DNA of 64,000 nucleotides from a virus (Duplodnaviria; Caudoviricetes): IMG/VR virus record IMGVR_UViG_2541048004_000003, positions 14,130 to 78,129 of that record; one strand, 5' to 3'. Shown piece by piece: positions 62,213 to 64,000 of this stretch (position 1 is its first letter; each line of letters starts with the position of its first letter). The notes under the pieces were generated by a model. It saw only the letters and a program-made list of their open reading frames with translations, ran no database searches and was not told where the DNA came from. The position numbers and the translations under genes were made by a program.

Positions 62213-64000
62213 TTAAAAGTCTCCGTACATCTCTTCCCATGTAAGTTCGGAGGCGGCTTTGGTAAATTCCCCCACCGTGGCGATACCCTGTTCGTCCTCT
62301 TCCTCAAAGGAGAAGGGGACGGGTTCCGTACCGTCCGGATAGCTTACCGGCGCCTCTATCTTGCCTGTGGCGTATGCTTCCCTGTACGCATCCATCCGTT
62401 TCTTCGACACGCCCACGGGGCGCGGGATGTTGAGTTTCGCGTACGCTTCTCCGGCGCATTCGTCAAGCAGCATTTCTTCGGAAGCGATATGCATGGCTAC
62501 GCGAGCCTGTTCGTTGGCGCGGAGCTGGGCGAAAAGCAACGCGTCTTCTTCTTCCGCACGGTCCGCCGTGGCACGGTGGATGCTTACCTTGGGAGTCGCC
62601 ACCGCCGCAAATACAAGCCCTGAGGCAGTGGGTTTCCACAATTCTATGCGGGTCATGTCCGCCGGGTCATAGCGGTAATGGAAACTCTCTCCGACGTTGG
62701 ACAAATGAAAATTCATATCCACAAGCCCGTCCTCACCGTATACCATGTAGCGGTACTCCTGTTTGTTCAGGGTGAAGCAGTATCCTTCCGTTCCGTATTC
62801 CACGCTCTTGGCAGAGGTCAGCATGAACAACTCCGCCAGTTCGCGCCCTTCTACCTGTTCGGCATACGGGCAACAGAGTGAAGCCTGCATCTCCATGCGT
62901 GTCAACCCCGTTTCCGAGCCTGTGTGCGGGGAGTTGTTCCATTCATCCCGCAGGTGCAGGTATTGCTCCATCATATCCTCTCGGGTGGGCAGGCTCTCGA
63001 TGTTTGCGGTGATCATGTCTAAGTTCACACGGCTGCCGCGTTTTCTGGCCGTAATGTTCTGTCCCGTGAAGTTGTACATCTTGTGCAACACCTGGGATTG
63101 AAATCGCCCGAATGCGCTCTCTATGCTTTTGCTTTGTGCATTGTGAGGCATCGTGGTTTTGTGCAGGTGACAGATTTGCCCCAGGAAAGCCACCGCATCC
63201 GCACGTTTGTGCCCGCCCTGGTTATCGGTCACGATTTCGTAAGGCTTTACTTTACATGTTTCCAGTGCCATGCGGTAAGCCGAATATTGGGTGCTGAATC
63301 TTTCAGGACCGAAAGAATATCCGATAAATGCTTCCGTGCAGGCGTCCATTACCTCGTACACGTCCGTCGTGCGGGCCACCATACGTTTGCTTTTCCTGTC
63401 GTATTCCTTATAGTAAAGGTTGACCTTTGTTCCGTCACCGTACCAGAGTGTATTCGGCATGTCGGGCATCTTCGTGTCAAAAGTAGGCATGAACTCGTTT
63501 TTGAAAGCCACCTCGCCATGTACGGAGGCGAACCACCAGAGCTTGACGGCTGTTTTGTTCAGGTAATTGCTTACCGTTTGCGGGGATTTCACCGGCGAAA
63601 GCCCTTTTTCCTTGGCGATGCGGTTGTACTCCTCGAATATCTGCATTTCAGTGTACACGGGGAACTTGCTGCGCCGCAAGCGAATCAGGACACGCCCCTC
63701 GGCGGGACCGATCTTGCGTGCGGTCTGATTGCCGAAATTGCCGTTGGCTAATACCTCGTAACCATACCGGCGGTAATGGTTGTATTTCTCCAGCAATCGT
63801 GCACGGCTCTTGGGCAGCGTATGCCCGTAACGCTCACGAAGCCTTTCGCTCAGCGCCACCAGCTCATCGCTCACCAGCTTTGGCCGTCGGTAACCGCTTG
63901 CGCTGTGCAGCTCCGTCATAGCAGAAGCTTTTGCCGCAAGAGCGTTGAGAACCTTGGCGTTCAGAACATATTCCGCCTGCCGCTCTAAGCTGATGGCGGG
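62213..64000 (-). CDS. MuA-like DDE transposase (5' end beyond window)
   Basis: LWYGDGT, EIVTDNQGG, SKSIESAFG; frame stays open from 63919 to 64000. Confidence 0.92.
   Translation of the reverse strand, partial: PAISLERQAEYVLNAKVLNALAAKASAMTELHSASGYRRPKLVSDELVALSERLRERYGHTLPKSRARLLEKYNHYRRYGYEVLANGNFGNQTARKIGPAEGRVLIRLRRSKFPVYTEMQIFEEYNRIAKEKGLSPVKSPQTVSNYLNKTAVKLWWFASVHGEVAFKNEFMPTFDTKMPDMPNTLWYGDGTKVNLYYKEYDRKSKRMVARTTDVYEVMDACTEAFIGYSFGPERFSTQYSAYRMALETCKVKPYEIVTDNQGGHKRADAVAFLGQICHLHKTTMPHNAQSKSIESAFGRFQSQVLHKMYNFTGQNITARKRGSRVNLDMITANIESLPTREDMMEQYLHLRDEWNNSPHTGSETGLTRMEMQASLCCPYAEQVEGRELAELFMLTSAKSVEYGTEGYCFTLNKQEYRYMVYGEDGLVDMNFHLSNVGESFHYRYDPADMTRIELWKPTASGLVFAAVATPKVSIHRATADRAEEEDALLFAQLRANEQARVAMHIASEEMLLDECAGEAYAKLNIPRPVGVSKKRMDAYREAYATGKIEAPVSYPDGTEPVPFSFEEEDEQGIATVGEFTKAASELTWEEMYGDF

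Larger units (their letters stand above)
32835..64000. mobile_element. Prophage B, Mu-like transposable siphovirus; left (MuA) end outside window
   Basis: DDE transposase, MuB-like ATPase, Gam-like, GemA-like, Mor-like, DUF935 portal, gp36-like, MuF and gpG-like genes. Confidence 0.95.

Noticed and set aside
1-64000. CRISPR array, rRNA or intact tRNA
   Set aside because: No regularly spaced repeat-spacer array and no full cloverleaf seen; only the 13-bp tRNA-Ser 3' att fragment.

Overview
The window holds two back-to-back Bacteroidota prophages and almost no host DNA. Prophage A (1..32545, left end outside the window, AT-richer, mostly minus strand) is a siphovirus. It has tail and head genes, an SPP1-type portal and terminase, DNA methyltransferases, replication and recombination modules, a CI/Cro switch and a tyrosine integrase next to the 13-bp tRNA-Ser att core CCTGTCTCTCCGC. 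About 290 bp of another integrative element's end follow, with an apparently interrupted integrase start (MKSTF). Prophage B (~32835..>64000, GC-richer) is a Mu-like transposable siphovirus with a tail, lysis genes, a BACON-decorated capsid and tail tube, a Clp protease, a divergent terminase-portal-MuF block, a D12 methyltransferase/resolvase island, Gam-, GemA- and MuB-like genes and MuA. Both phages carry MuF head proteins with C-terminal effector domains, each facing an antisense-encoded candidate antidote. In A, an R-S-ExE ADP-ribosyltransferase faces a convergent ADP-ribosylglycohydrolase operon. In B, a putative BECR-like RNase domain faces an antisense promoter that would transcribe a tandem RNA with two anticodon-stem-loop mimics (AUA and GCA). 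Other signals are a DGR-like variable region without a reverse transcriptase in the window, two repeated operator motifs, a pseudoknotted leader of the methyltransferase and a shared non-canonical recoding motif in both tail-chaperone genes. All product calls come from motif recognition by eye, not database searches.
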